Shown here: positions 45,186 to 56,500 of the stretch, piece by piece
Layout: the number at the start of each line of letters is the position of its first letter
Position numbering within the stretch: the stretch's first letter is position 1
Assembly (NCBI GenBank): GCA_052327205.1
Contig: CM126218.1
Span: forward strand, 21,266,001-21,330,000
DNA length: 64,000 nt
From: Somniosus microcephalus
Taxonomy: Eukaryota
Direction of reading: 5' to 3'
The notes under the pieces: model-generated
What the model was told of the DNA's origin: nothing
The model's input: the letters and a program-made list of their open reading frames with translations, nothing else
Databases searched by the model: none
Program-made: the position numbers and the translations under genes

Positions 45186-45420
45186 TGATGCGCCATCAAT
45201 TACTCAAAAGACTGAAGTTGAGCGAGTAACAATCAGGCTTTTATTAACTAAAGAATGAAGGTCTTGTCTCGAGTGGTCGACCCGTCCAGAATACTAAGGG
45301 ACTGGGAGGTAGTCACTTATATACCTGGAATAGTGGGAGGAGTCAGCCGAGGCATGTCCAGACCTGTACCTAGTGGAATACACATACAGACACAGACAGG
45401 TATGACAGTGGTTTACCACA
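45186..45420 (-). promoter_or_regulatory. 5' LTR with TATA box (TATATAA, 45317-45323) and AATAAA (~45240-45245)
   Basis: Direct repeat of 41056-41290. Motifs read on the minus strand. Confidence 0.85.
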
Positions 45421-47454
45421 GACCCTTCTTCAAAACTGGAAAGAAAAGAAACTAGATCGAAGGCAGGGCTGCGATCGGACAAAAGAATAAAAGAAACAAA
45501 AGAAGTAAAAGAGATTAGAAGCTAGACGAGATGGTAATAGGCTGGGATTAGCCCCCCCCCTTTCCTTTTGTTTCTCTCTCACACCTGGCAGCTATCTTTT
45601 GCCCTGCCAGTACACTTTACACCTAATCCCAGCCTATTACCATCTCGTCTAGCTTCTAATCTCTTTTACTTCTTTTGTTTCTTTTATTCTTTTGTCCGAT
45701 CGCAGCCCTGCCTTCGATCTAGTTTCTTTTCTTTCCAGTTTTGAAGAAGGGTCCAACCCGAAACGTCAACTCAAATTTCTCTCCACGGATGTTGCCTGAC
45801 CTGCTGAGTTTTTCCAGCATTTTCTGTTGTTATTTCGGATTTCCAACATCTGCAGTATTTTGCTATCGAAGATTAAGGGACAATGTAATAAAGGTTTTCA
45901 GAATTATGAAAGGTTTTGATCAGGTAATGGGTGAAAGATTGATTCTGCTGGTTAGTGAATAGACAACAAGAGGGCAAAGACTTAGATCCTCACTGGAGGA
46001 ATGAAGGGGTAAATGAATGCTGTATCTGGATTGCTCTACCACAAGTAGTTATGGATGTAGAGAATATAACACTTTTGGATAAGTATTTGAAAGAGAATAC
46101 AAAAGGATACATTGAAAAGGCAAGGAAATGGGATTGGAGTACAGTAGATAGCTTCAGTTAAAGAGTCAGCATTGACAATGGGCAATTTCTATGATTTTAT
46201 AATATAGCATACCCCTCACTCAGCTGAACCTCCCCCCTCCCTCCACCTTGGCTCCGGGTCAAGGTGTTGGTTGAAATCAGAGACACAATAGTAAGCTTGT
46301 ACCAAAATCTGGGAAACAGATGTAAGTGAATGTAAACACATAGGCATAGTTCCCTCTTTGTACTTGTATTCAGTAAGGTACATTTCAGGCTACATATGGT
46401 CATTTGGTAGATCTGGGAGGTAGAATCATATTGGCAGTAATATTAATATTAGTAATATTAGCATAGATGCATTTCAGGGGAAGCTAGATTAAACACATAA
46501 GTGAGAAAGGAACAGAAGGATTTGCTGATGGGGAGAGATGAAAAGGGGCGGGAGGAGGCTCGTGTGGAGCATAAACACCAACAAAGACTTGTTAGGCCGA
46601 ATGGCCTGTTTCTGTGCTGTAAGGTGTAATGTTGCTTTAAAGTTTAATGTGCTCATTTAAAACTGTTTTTTGGTATCTACTGCCATTGGGCACATGTGGC
46701 ACAGCCAACATTTCATTTAAATTCAATTTGCGTTGCTTTCCTATGAAGCTACGACCTTCTGCTTATCGTCAGTTTTGTGGCGTTTCTTTCCTCTAAAGAA
46801 AGATCTGTAAACAAAACATCTTTGTTAGCAAGGATTTTAAGACAAATGACAAAACAAAAGATTTCAATCTAAGTACGAGCAGTTTACATACTGCAAATAT
46901 AAGAAGATTCTGCTGGGCACAAGCAGCATCGGTTTTTGCAAATGTTTCTATCGATGCAAATATTAAGCTGTAGTTGCTGCAACTCAAGTTTTCAGGCTGA
47001 AATAAGTGAACTGGTGTCCAAAAATAATGCTGCGTAAAAGTGCCTGAGGTTAGTTTAAATGTTCCACATTTTTAAATGTTTATTCAGGATGCTTCCTCAT
47101 GGGCCGATAATTGAATTTCTGGCTACGTGTTAAAATGTGGGAAGATAATGGTGTTTGAAATATGTCAAACATTAAATACAAAAGATTTGAAAACCTTTTA
47201 TTCCACAGGCACAAATGATAATTTCATTCCTTTGTGACGCAATGATTTAGTGGAGTGAAATTAAAATAGAAAAGGATACACAATGGGAAAAGATGAGTCC
47301 TTAGATTAATTTAGAAAGAAAATAAAATCTCCGAACAGTTCTCCATTGTATATCTGCTGCTTAAATTTGATTTGAAAGAATGAATTGATAGGGTAGATGA
47401 TCCGAGTCCTCACGTGAGGTGCTTCACATGCCATGTGCATGCAGAGGAATATCA

Positions 47455-48850
47455 TGGCCAGAATTTTGCCTTCCTGGGCGGGTCCGGTGCGGGCAGTCGG
47501 CTTGGTGATGTCGCGACCCCGCTGCTGGCTCCATCCCGCTGGTGAAAATGTCTTTCCCTTCATGGGGCCTATTAAGCCCGCCCAGCGCGTTACCCGGCCC
47601 AATTAAATGGAGCGGGTCTGGTGACGTCATTCATGACGCGTTTTCAACCAGGATCTTTAAAGGGACCATGGCCACATTAGATTTGAAGTTTAATCTAACA
47701 TAGTGCTGTCATTGCACTACAGCATTGGAGTGCTGCAAATACTGACAATGACTGCAGAGAGGCAGAGGGCTGCACCCAGTTCTCCGATGACTCCCTCTAC
47801 ATGCTTATGGAGGGAGTCAGAGCACACAGGAAGATCTTCTTCCCTACCGATGGGCTGAAGAGACCACCCCAGGAGACCAACACAGCCTGATTGCAGATTG
47901 CAGAAGAGGGCACAAGCAGGGATGTGTTCAGGAGGACCTGGGTATCAGTGCCGCAAAGGTTTCAATGATCTCATTAGATTATCCCTCTCTCTCTATCTAC
48001 ATTATCACTTCCCCATCTCACTAGCCACCCCTCACACTCATCCTCATCCTAGTGCAATCATATCAACTAACAACACACAAGGGTAGCCACTTGGGTGATT
48101 TATCCAATGTTTATGTAAAGTTTCTGTTAATGTGGTGTCAAACATAAAAATCTTTACTTTCAACACTTTGCATTCTTGGACAGATTCGTGTGCACCTTTG
48201 GAAGTGGCTTAGTGAGTTGTAGTGAATGGTGAGACATAACGGGATCCCCCGCAATGGTGATCAGTGTGAAGGGAATGGCTTGGGCATTGTAGGGATGATT
48301 TATGATGCTGGTGTGGGGTGGTGCCAACCTGGCGCATCATATGGCAGCCATATGGGTGTACAGCGTAAAGTTAACTAAATCTGACCATGGTGATGCCATC
48401 ACTGGCCTCCCGGGCAGCAATGTTGTCGGGTGCTGATGCCCTGTGTCTTGTGCGGCATCAGTTGATTGCGGAGAAGGTTGGTGTTGTTGTTGGTGCTGCT
48501 GGTATGCCTGGTGCTGCTGGTGTTGGGGCTCATCGTGGTCCGATTCTGAGGACCAAGGTGAGACAGTATAAATGGCACCCATGTTGATGGAATAGATGGC
48601 AGGTGAAGTACAGATGACAGAAGCATTCTGTCAATGGTGAGAGAGTTCTTCCAATGAGGTGAGACTGGATGGAGACTTTGCTGGAAACACTTGCAGCCTG
48701 CAGAATCTGTGCTGGAAATGGACTGAGCAACAGCTTCTGCCTGAGTAAAGTGATCATCTGTCAGGTGGGAGCTTTTACTGTACAGTTCATGCCGTCAAGT
48801 AATCAGCTGGAGCAATGGCCATGGAACTCCTGCCTCAGGTTGACAGACGT
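47455..48850. mobile_element. Degenerate Harbinger element, family B (one end missing)
   Basis: Starts TGGCCAGAATTTTGCC. Myb remnant MTAERQRAAP..FSDDSLYMLMEGVR...QCRKGFNDL. Reverse-complement homology to 33794-39903. Confidence 0.7.
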
Positions 48851-48859
48851 GCTTCCCGA

Positions 48860-49740
48860 GCAGTGTGGTTCCCGTGGCCATTGCTCTTAACAATTTTAAT
48901 TAATGATCTGGATGAAGGTAATGGGGGAACGATTTGCAGGTTTGTGAATGATACAAAGCCATGTGCGAGTATTAGGACCTTAGATGAGAAAAGAGAACTG
49001 CAATCAGATCTAGATGCGATGGGGGAATGGATGTCATTTAATGTAGATGAATGTAGTGTGCCACATGTGGATAGAGCTAACACCAAGCATGTGTACATCA
49101 TACAGGGTTTCAAACGAAAGACCGCTAAGCGAGAAAAAGACCTGGGTGTTAGAGTACATGAATCTCGTTGGTTTATGACCAGTGCTGTGAGGGTATAACA
49201 AAAGCAAATAGAGTATTATAATGTATTGTTTGGATGATCCAATATAAAATAAAAAGTACTATATTGTCCTTGTACAAGGCCTTGGTTAGGCCACATCTAG
49301 AATATTGTTACCAGTTTTGGTCCCCTCACTTGGTGGGTGACATAGAGGCCTTCAAGAAGGTTCAAAGGAGGGCCACTAGGTTGATATAGAAACATAGAAG
49401 ATAGGAGCAGGAGTAGACCATTCGGCCCCTCGAGCCTGCTCCGCCATTCAATGCAATCATGGCTGATCATCCAAATTCAGTACCCTGTCCCTGCTTTATC
49501 CCCATATCTAGCTTAAAGGCCCACAATAGACTTAGACAGCTTGGTTTGTTCACTCTAGAAAAGCATAGACTTCGGGGAGATTTGATTGAGCTGTTTAAAA
49601 TAATGAAGGACTAGAGTGTATCCATGTGGATAGACTATTTGAATTAGGTAGGGCAGGGAGAACTGGAGATATGCTTATAAATTACATAGACATAGAATCA
49701 GGTAAGATGTCAGGATACTTCTTTTCACAGAAAGTCGTTG
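48860..49740 (+). mobile_element. Old CR1 RT/3' fragment containing a short younger CR1 3' tail (49386-49508, minus strand)
   Basis: LINDLDEG..FVNDTK, EKDLGV, LYKALVRPHLEY, KVQRRATR. The inner tail ATAGAAACATAGAAGATAGGAGCAGGAG matches 22193+. Confidence 0.75.
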
Positions 49741-51599
49741 CTATAGTGCCTCAGATGTGCATCACCTAACACCTCAGCCTCAGCTGCAGAGAAATATTTG
49801 TGCTCCAACTAACTTTACTTCATCACGCTCAAATTACCTATAAGTCCTGTTATTTAACTATAAATTGAAATTTTATATGTATATATATAAATCTAATATG
49901 TATTAAATGTCTTGCATCTGTACACGCATTTTGTATACATTTCATATTTTTGTCTCACTTCTGTTTCAATCTTTCTCATTATAAATTCCTCTGTCTACAT
50001 TTATAATGGAAACTGCCTATGTAAACTTGTCACACTGTAATTACACTCTCCAGTCAGTGGTGGCACTGTAGCGACTGCATTTTTCACTTCCCACCTCCTC
50101 AGCCTGTACTGCAGAGAAACTCCTAAGTTCCAACTAAGTCTACTTCTCTGCTTCCAAAATTTCCCTACTATTTAATTGTAAATAATAATATAAAATCAAA
50201 GTATTGTATAAAAATAATAAGGACTGAATTACATCTGCCACCCTCTAAACCTGCTTCAGCTGAAGATTGCACTATGTCTTTTACTCCCTGGATTGTTAAC
50301 TAGTGTAGACATAGAATCAAAGTATGCTATGAAAATAAGGTCAAAATATATGACTATAATGTAGGGACTGAATTATGCCTGCATACATTGGTTCAATTAT
50401 CTCCACCCTCTAATCCCACTTCAACTGAAGACTGCATATGATCTTGACTCCTTGTGTGCTATTCCATGGGACACCAACGAGTGATTTACTAAAATGAAGC
50501 ATTCAGAGTGTGTCTCCTGTTAAACATTATACATTACATCTGCCCCTTTAATTTAATCCACATTCCTGTGACATTATTGCTGTGAAGGTCCTGAGTGTGG
50601 CAGATTTATGGGAGTAATCAAGAGAAGTTGAGCATGATAGTTCCTCATGATAGTCCCATACAGCTCAATGAATTGCACATTGCACACAGGTTTGATAAGA
50701 AGATCTTTTCAAAACATCTCTTTGATAAAGTGAATTATCATTTAGCTCCGAGGCTGCAGGCAGGAAAATTCCTGTCTCCCTAGTTCAGTCAATTTTCAGC
50801 TAACACTTTGTAACACTGAGAATGCCGCCACAGAAATAAAGCTTCTCACACATTAGGAATATTTTTATTATTACCCCTCTGAACTAAAATATGCACAAAC
50901 TGAATTTTAACTGAAATTATATAAAATAGGCACTTTAATTCTACTGGTCCCATCATCTCTTTTCCTATCCCTCAATTCTTATTTGTTCACTTTTACATTG
51001 ATTGATTTTTCTATTTCATCCTTTGATATCTTCCTAACCATTTCCACAGAAATATTAAATTTAAAACTTTTTATTTAATTTGGGGCTGATATTCCTCCTC
51101 TCTTCAAATATCTGATCAAAAATGCATTCATAAATCAGGCGAGCCCGTAGACTATGAGCAGAAATTTAGTCTGAATATCAGGAAAAATTGGCCAAGAAAG
51201 CATTTGTGTTTTCACGCTGTTGTGAGTATTCCTACCTCTAAAGCATGGTAGCAAAATGTTTTAATATAAAGGCCAGCGAAGGCCTTGTTAAAGGTCATTA
51301 ATTAATAAATTGTGCAGCATCCCACAGCTGTGGAAACACGTTGAAAGTAATATCTAACTCCAGGCCTGTGTGAGGAGAAAGTAGTGAATACTACAGGAGT
51401 TTTCTATCCAAGAGCATGGGCGTAACAGCCATTGCTGGGAATATCTTGGTGATGGGAGGGGAAGTGGGAGTATCAGGAGTCCAGAGGACATTGGAGGCTC
51501 ACAAGTCACATCAGGCACTCCTCCAGACAGTAGGTCGACAGCAATGGAGCCAGGCAGCTGGGCATAACAAAGCAGCAGTACCTTAAGAAGCTCAGGCTC

Positions 51600-53125
51600 C
51601 CCGAGGAGAGCATCAAAATAGTCAAGTCTGGAGATGAAAAAAGTATGGATGAAGGCTTCGGCAGCAGATGAGCTGAGGCAAAGGTGGAGAGGGGTGATAC
51701 TACAGGTATGGAAATAGGCGGTCTTTTTAGTGGAGAGGTTCAAACAGTCTGCTTCAACCTGAGACAGTGTCTGGGGAGGAGGATGGAATTGGTGGCGAGG
51801 ATACAGAGTTGGTGGCAGGGGCTGAAGACAATGGGTAGGATTTTCATTGGGCCGTGGAGGCGGGATTGGAGGCATGTGGGGGGTTAAAATTCCGAAATCG
51901 GGGGGAACGAACCCATCCCGCCCCCAACCCGCCTCCATGCCAGTTTCAAAGGAGGCGGGTACCTGACCCGCACTGGGACCCGCCTCCCCGAGGCGGGAAG
52001 GGGATTAGTGCCAATTAACTGCCTGTTAACAGGTAGTTAACAGACAGTTTTTAGCCTAATCCCTATTTTCATCCCTGAAGTGTGGGATTCCCGACGGCTC
52101 CAAACCACGGCAAGTTAGTGAGGTGGGCCGTCGGAATGAAGGGCTTGGAGGGGTCGAGATGTCCGGTGTTCAGGTGAGTGATGGGTGCATGAGTGCAGAG
52201 GTAAGTGTGTTTAAAGAAGTTGTACTTACCTGTACCTACCTTTACAGCCTTACTTCCTTCAGGTCTCGGGAGTCCCTCATCTCACCGGCACAGAAAGCAG
52301 AATGGCCGTGATCTGTCAAAAATTGCAGCATTCAGCTTTCTGTTCCGGGGAGATCTCTAAATCATCCTGAGAGGAAGGAATTAAACTGGAGTACAGATTG
52401 TCAGTGTTTGACAGCTTCAAACAGCTGTCGAACGCTGATATTTCATCTGTCAAAAGGTCTTGACAGATGAAATATCAATCTGTGACAGCACCTGTTGCTG
52501 GGTGGCCGTTAATTGGCCTGCTGAGCCCGCTGGGCGGGCTCAACAAGGTCAATCAAGTCAAAATCATGTGGGTTGGCTAGAACTCAATGGAGGCGGGACT
52601 ACAACCCCGAAAGTTGTAGTCCTGCCTCCTACCCGACTCCTCAATGAAAATCCAGCCCAATGGCTTCAATCTTCCTAATGTTTAACTGGAGAAAATTGCA
52701 GCTCATCCAGGGCTGGATGTTGGACAAGCAATCTGACAACACAGAGGCAGTGGAGGGGTCGAGACAGGTGCTTGAGAGGTAGAGCTGGGCATTGTCAGTA
52801 TACATGTGGAAGCTGAACCAGTGTCTTTGGATAATGTCGCCAATGGGCAGCATGTAGATGAGGAAGGGGCAAAGGATAGATCCTTGAGAGACTCTGGGGG
52901 TAACAGTGTGGGGGCAGCAAGAGAAGCCATGCTGGAGATGCTCTGGCAACACCTGGATAGGTAAGATTGAAACCAAGCGAAGGCAGTCTGAGGTGGACAA
53001 TGGAGGAGAGGTGTTGGAAGATGGTGTGGTGAACTGTGTCAAAGGCTGCAGAGAGGTTAAGAATGATAAGGAAGGATAATGCACCAAAGCCAGAGGATGT
53101 CATTTGTGATTTTGATTAGGGCCCA
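51600..53125 (-). mobile_element. L2 LINE RT fragment split by a MITE
   Basis: LNLSAAFDTVHH, VSQGSIL, MYTDNAQLY, LQLNIRKIEAI, FFISRLDYFDALL. Removing the MITE restores GAAGACAATGGCTTCAATC. Confidence 0.8.
51833..52658. mobile_element. Harbinger-type MITE
   Basis: TIRs GGGTAGGATTTTCATTG / CAATGAAAATCCAGCCC, 3-bp TSD AAT (51830-32, 52659-61). Confidence 0.82.
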
Positions 53126-53568
53126 AAACATGTTTTCCAACTGTAATTGTAGGCTAGGCTTTATATTAGTTAAGACGCTGGAGACTGGAATTTTATCCCC
53201 CCACTTTTGGCAGCTAGTGGCAATGTCAGACACTCCCAGGTTAACTACCATATGGTCAGCTGCGGAGTTCCATTAACAGCCCACTTCACGTTTAGTGGAG
53301 TAATGTTCTCTTTTACACCGCCCCAATATTTTATCTTTTCCAACCTTAGGCGAGTAAGTGTGAAAGTTCTTTCTTCTGCAGCAACTGTCTTTGTGACCTT
53401 TCCTGACTGAGGAACCAATCATTGTTGAATTACGATTAGAGGTAATAAACAACAATGTTATTACCCATCACAATAGGCAATTTAACAGTGGCGCATCCTG
53501 ATCAGATCAAACTGCACTTATCTCCTTCAATTTACATTGAATGTTTTTCCTGCAAATGCATCTCACTC

Positions 53569-56500
53569 TGAATTTAGTCACCACTGCAAGTAGCTGTCTC
53601 TAACCCACGCAATCAGTGAATTTAGTCACCACTGTAAGTAGCTGTCTCTAACCCGCACAATCAGTGAATTTAGTCACCACTGTAAGTAGCTGTCTCTAAC
53701 CCACACAATCAGTGAATTTAGTCACCACTGTAAGTAGCTGTCTCTAACCCACACAATCAGTGAATTTAGTCACCACTGTAAGTAGCTGTCTCTAACCCGC
53801 ACAATCAGTGAATTTAGTCACCACTGCAAGTAGCTGTCTCTAACCCACGCAATCAGTGAATTTAGTCACCACTGTAAGTAGCTGTCTCTAACCCACACAA
53901 TCAGTGAATTTAGTCACCACTGTAAGTAGCTGTCTCTAACCCACGCAATCAGTGAATTTAGTCACCACTGTAAGTAGCTGTCTCTAACCCACACAATCAG
54001 TGAATTTAGTCACCACTGCAAGTAGCTGTCTCTAACCCACACAATCAGTGAATTTAGTCACCACTGCAAGTAGCTGTCTCTAACCCACACAATCAGTGAA
54101 TTTAGTCACCACTGCAAGTAGCTGTCTCTAACCCACACAATCAGTGAATTTAGTCACCACTGCAAGTAGCTGTCTCTAACCCACACAATCAGTGAATTTA
54201 GTCACCACTGTAAGTAGCTGTCTCTAACCCGCACAATCAGTGAATTTAGTCACCACTGTAAGTAGCTGTCTCTAACCCACACAATCAGTGAATTTAGTCA
54301 CCACTGTAAGTAGCTGTCTCTAACCCACACAATCAGTGAATTTAGTCACCACTGCAAGTAGCTGTCTCTAACCCACACAATCAGTGAATTTAGTCACCAC
54401 TGTAAGTAGCTGTCTCTAACCCGCACAATCAGTGAATTTAGTCACCACTGTAAGTAGCTGTCTCTAACCCACACAATCAGTGAATTTAGTCACCACTGTA
54501 AGTAGCTGTCTCTAACCCACGCAATCAGTGAATTTAGTCACCACTGTAAGTAGCTGTCTCTAACCCACACAATCAGTGAATTTAGTCACCACTGTAAGTA
54601 GCTGTCTCTAACCCACACAATCAGTGAATTTAGTCACCACTGTAAGTAGCTGTCTCTAACCCACGCAATCAGTGAATTTAGTCACCACTGTAAGTAGCTG
54701 TCTCTAACCCGCACAATCAGTGAATTTAGTCACCACTGTAAGTAGCTGTCTCTAACCCGCACAATCAGTGAATTTAGTCACCACTGTAAGTAGCTGTCTC
54801 TAACCCACACAATCAGTGAATTTAGTCACCACTGCAAGTAGCTGTCTCTAACCCGCACAATCAGTGAATTTAGTCACCACTGTAAGTAGCTGTCTCTAAC
54901 CCGCACAATCAGTGAATTTAGTCACCACTGTAAGTAGCTGTCTCTAACCCACACAATCAGTGAATTTAGTCACCACTGTAAGTAGCTGTCTCTAACCCAC
55001 ACAATCAGTGAATTTAGTCACCACTGTAAGTAGCTGTCTCTAACCCACGCAATCAGTGAATTTAGTCACCACTGTAAGTAGCTGTCTCTAACCCACACAA
55101 TCAGTGAATTTAGTCACCACTGTAAGTAGCTGTCTCTAACCCGCACAATCAGTGAATTTAGTCACCACTGTAAGTAGCTGTCTCTAACCCGCACAATCAG
55201 TGAATTTAGTCACCACTGTAAGTAGCTGTCTCTAACCCACACAATCAGTGAATTTAGTCACCACTGTAAGTAGCTGTCTCTAACCCACACAATCAGTGAA
55301 TTTAGTCACCACTGTAAGTAGCTGTCTCTAACCCACACAATCAGTGAATTTAGTCACCACTGTAAGTAGCTGTCTCTAACCCACGCAATCAGTGAATTTA
55401 GTCACCACTGTAAGTAGCTGTCTCTAACCCACGCAATCAGTGAATTTAGTCACCACTGCAAGTAGCTGTCTCTAACCCACACAATCAGTGAATTTAGTCA
55501 CCACTGTAAGTAGCTGTCTCTAACCCACACAATCAGTGAATTTAGTCACCACTGTAAGTAGCTGTCTCTAACCCGCACAATCAGTGAATTTAGTCACCAC
55601 TGCAAGTAGCTGTCTCTAACCCACACAATCAGTGAATTTAGTCACCACTGTAAGTAGCTGTCTCTAACCCGCACAATCAGTGAATTTAGTCACCACTGTA
55701 AGTAGCTGTCTCTAACCCACACAATCAGTGAATTTAGTCACCACTGTAAGTAGCTGTCTCTAACCCACACAATCAGTGAATTTAGTCACCACTGCAAGTA
55801 GCTGTCTCTAACCCACACAATCAGTGAATTTAGTCACCACTGCAAGTAGCTGTCTCTAACCCACACAATCAGTGAATTTAGTCACCACTGTAAGTAGCTG
55901 TCTCTAACCCACACAATCAGTGAATTTAGTCACCACTGTAAGTAGCTGTCTCTAACCCGCACAATCAGTGAATTTAGTCACCACTGTAAGTAGCTGTCTC
56001 TAACCCGCACAATCAGTGAATTTAGTCACCACTGTAAGTAGCTGTCTCTAACCCACGCAATCAGTGAATTTAGTCACCACTGTAAGTAGCTGTCTCTAAC
56101 CCGCACAATCAGTGAATTTAGTCACCACTGTAAGTAGCTGTCTCTAACCCACACAATCAGTGAATTTAGTCACCACTGTAAGTAGCTGTCTCTAACCCAC
56201 GCAATCAGTGAATTTAGTCACCACTGCAAGTAGCTGTCTCTAACCCGCACAATCAGTGAATTTAGTCACCACTGTAAGTAGCTGTCTCTAACCCGCACAA
56301 TCAGTGAATTTAGTCACCACTGTAAGTAGCTGTCTCTAACCCACACAATCAGTGAATTTAGTCACCACTGCAAGTAGCTGTCTCTAACCCACGCAATCAG
56401 TGAATTTAGTCACCACTGCAAGTAGCTGTCTCTAACCCACACAATCAGTGAATTTAGTCACCACTGTAAGTAGCTGTCTCTAACCCGCACAATCAGTGAA

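Larger units (their letters stand above)
41056..45420 (-). mobile_element. Complete, young Gypsy/Ty3 LTR retrotransposon (4365 bp)
   Basis: Two 235-bp LTRs (41056-41290, 45186-45420), identical by eye, with TG...CA ends. 5-bp TSD GACCC (41051-55, 45421-25). PPT AAGGGGTGAA at 41291-41300. Single intact ORF. Confidence 0.96.
40978..45866 (+). mobile_element. Non-coding Penelope insertion: inverted partial pLTR (40978-41055 + 45421-45551) and direct pLTR (45552-45866)
   Basis: TSD CGAAGATTAAGGGACAA (40961-77, 45867-83). Both arms are nearly identical to the pLTR at 38270-38573. Confidence 0.87.
40195..46195 (+). mobile_element. Old, heavily decayed CR1 LINE interrupted by the Penelope/Gypsy composite (40978-45866)
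   Basis: Decayed RT motifs (MEFQKTFDKMPH, EKCELVHF, LYKTVTRPQLE) at 40195-40977, continuing at 45884 (FRIMKGFD) to a CR1 tail at ~46190. Confidence 0.7.

Noticed and set aside
41056-45420. Endogenous retrovirus
   Set aside because: No env ORF and no room for one. RT, RNase H and integrase motifs are Gypsy-type.
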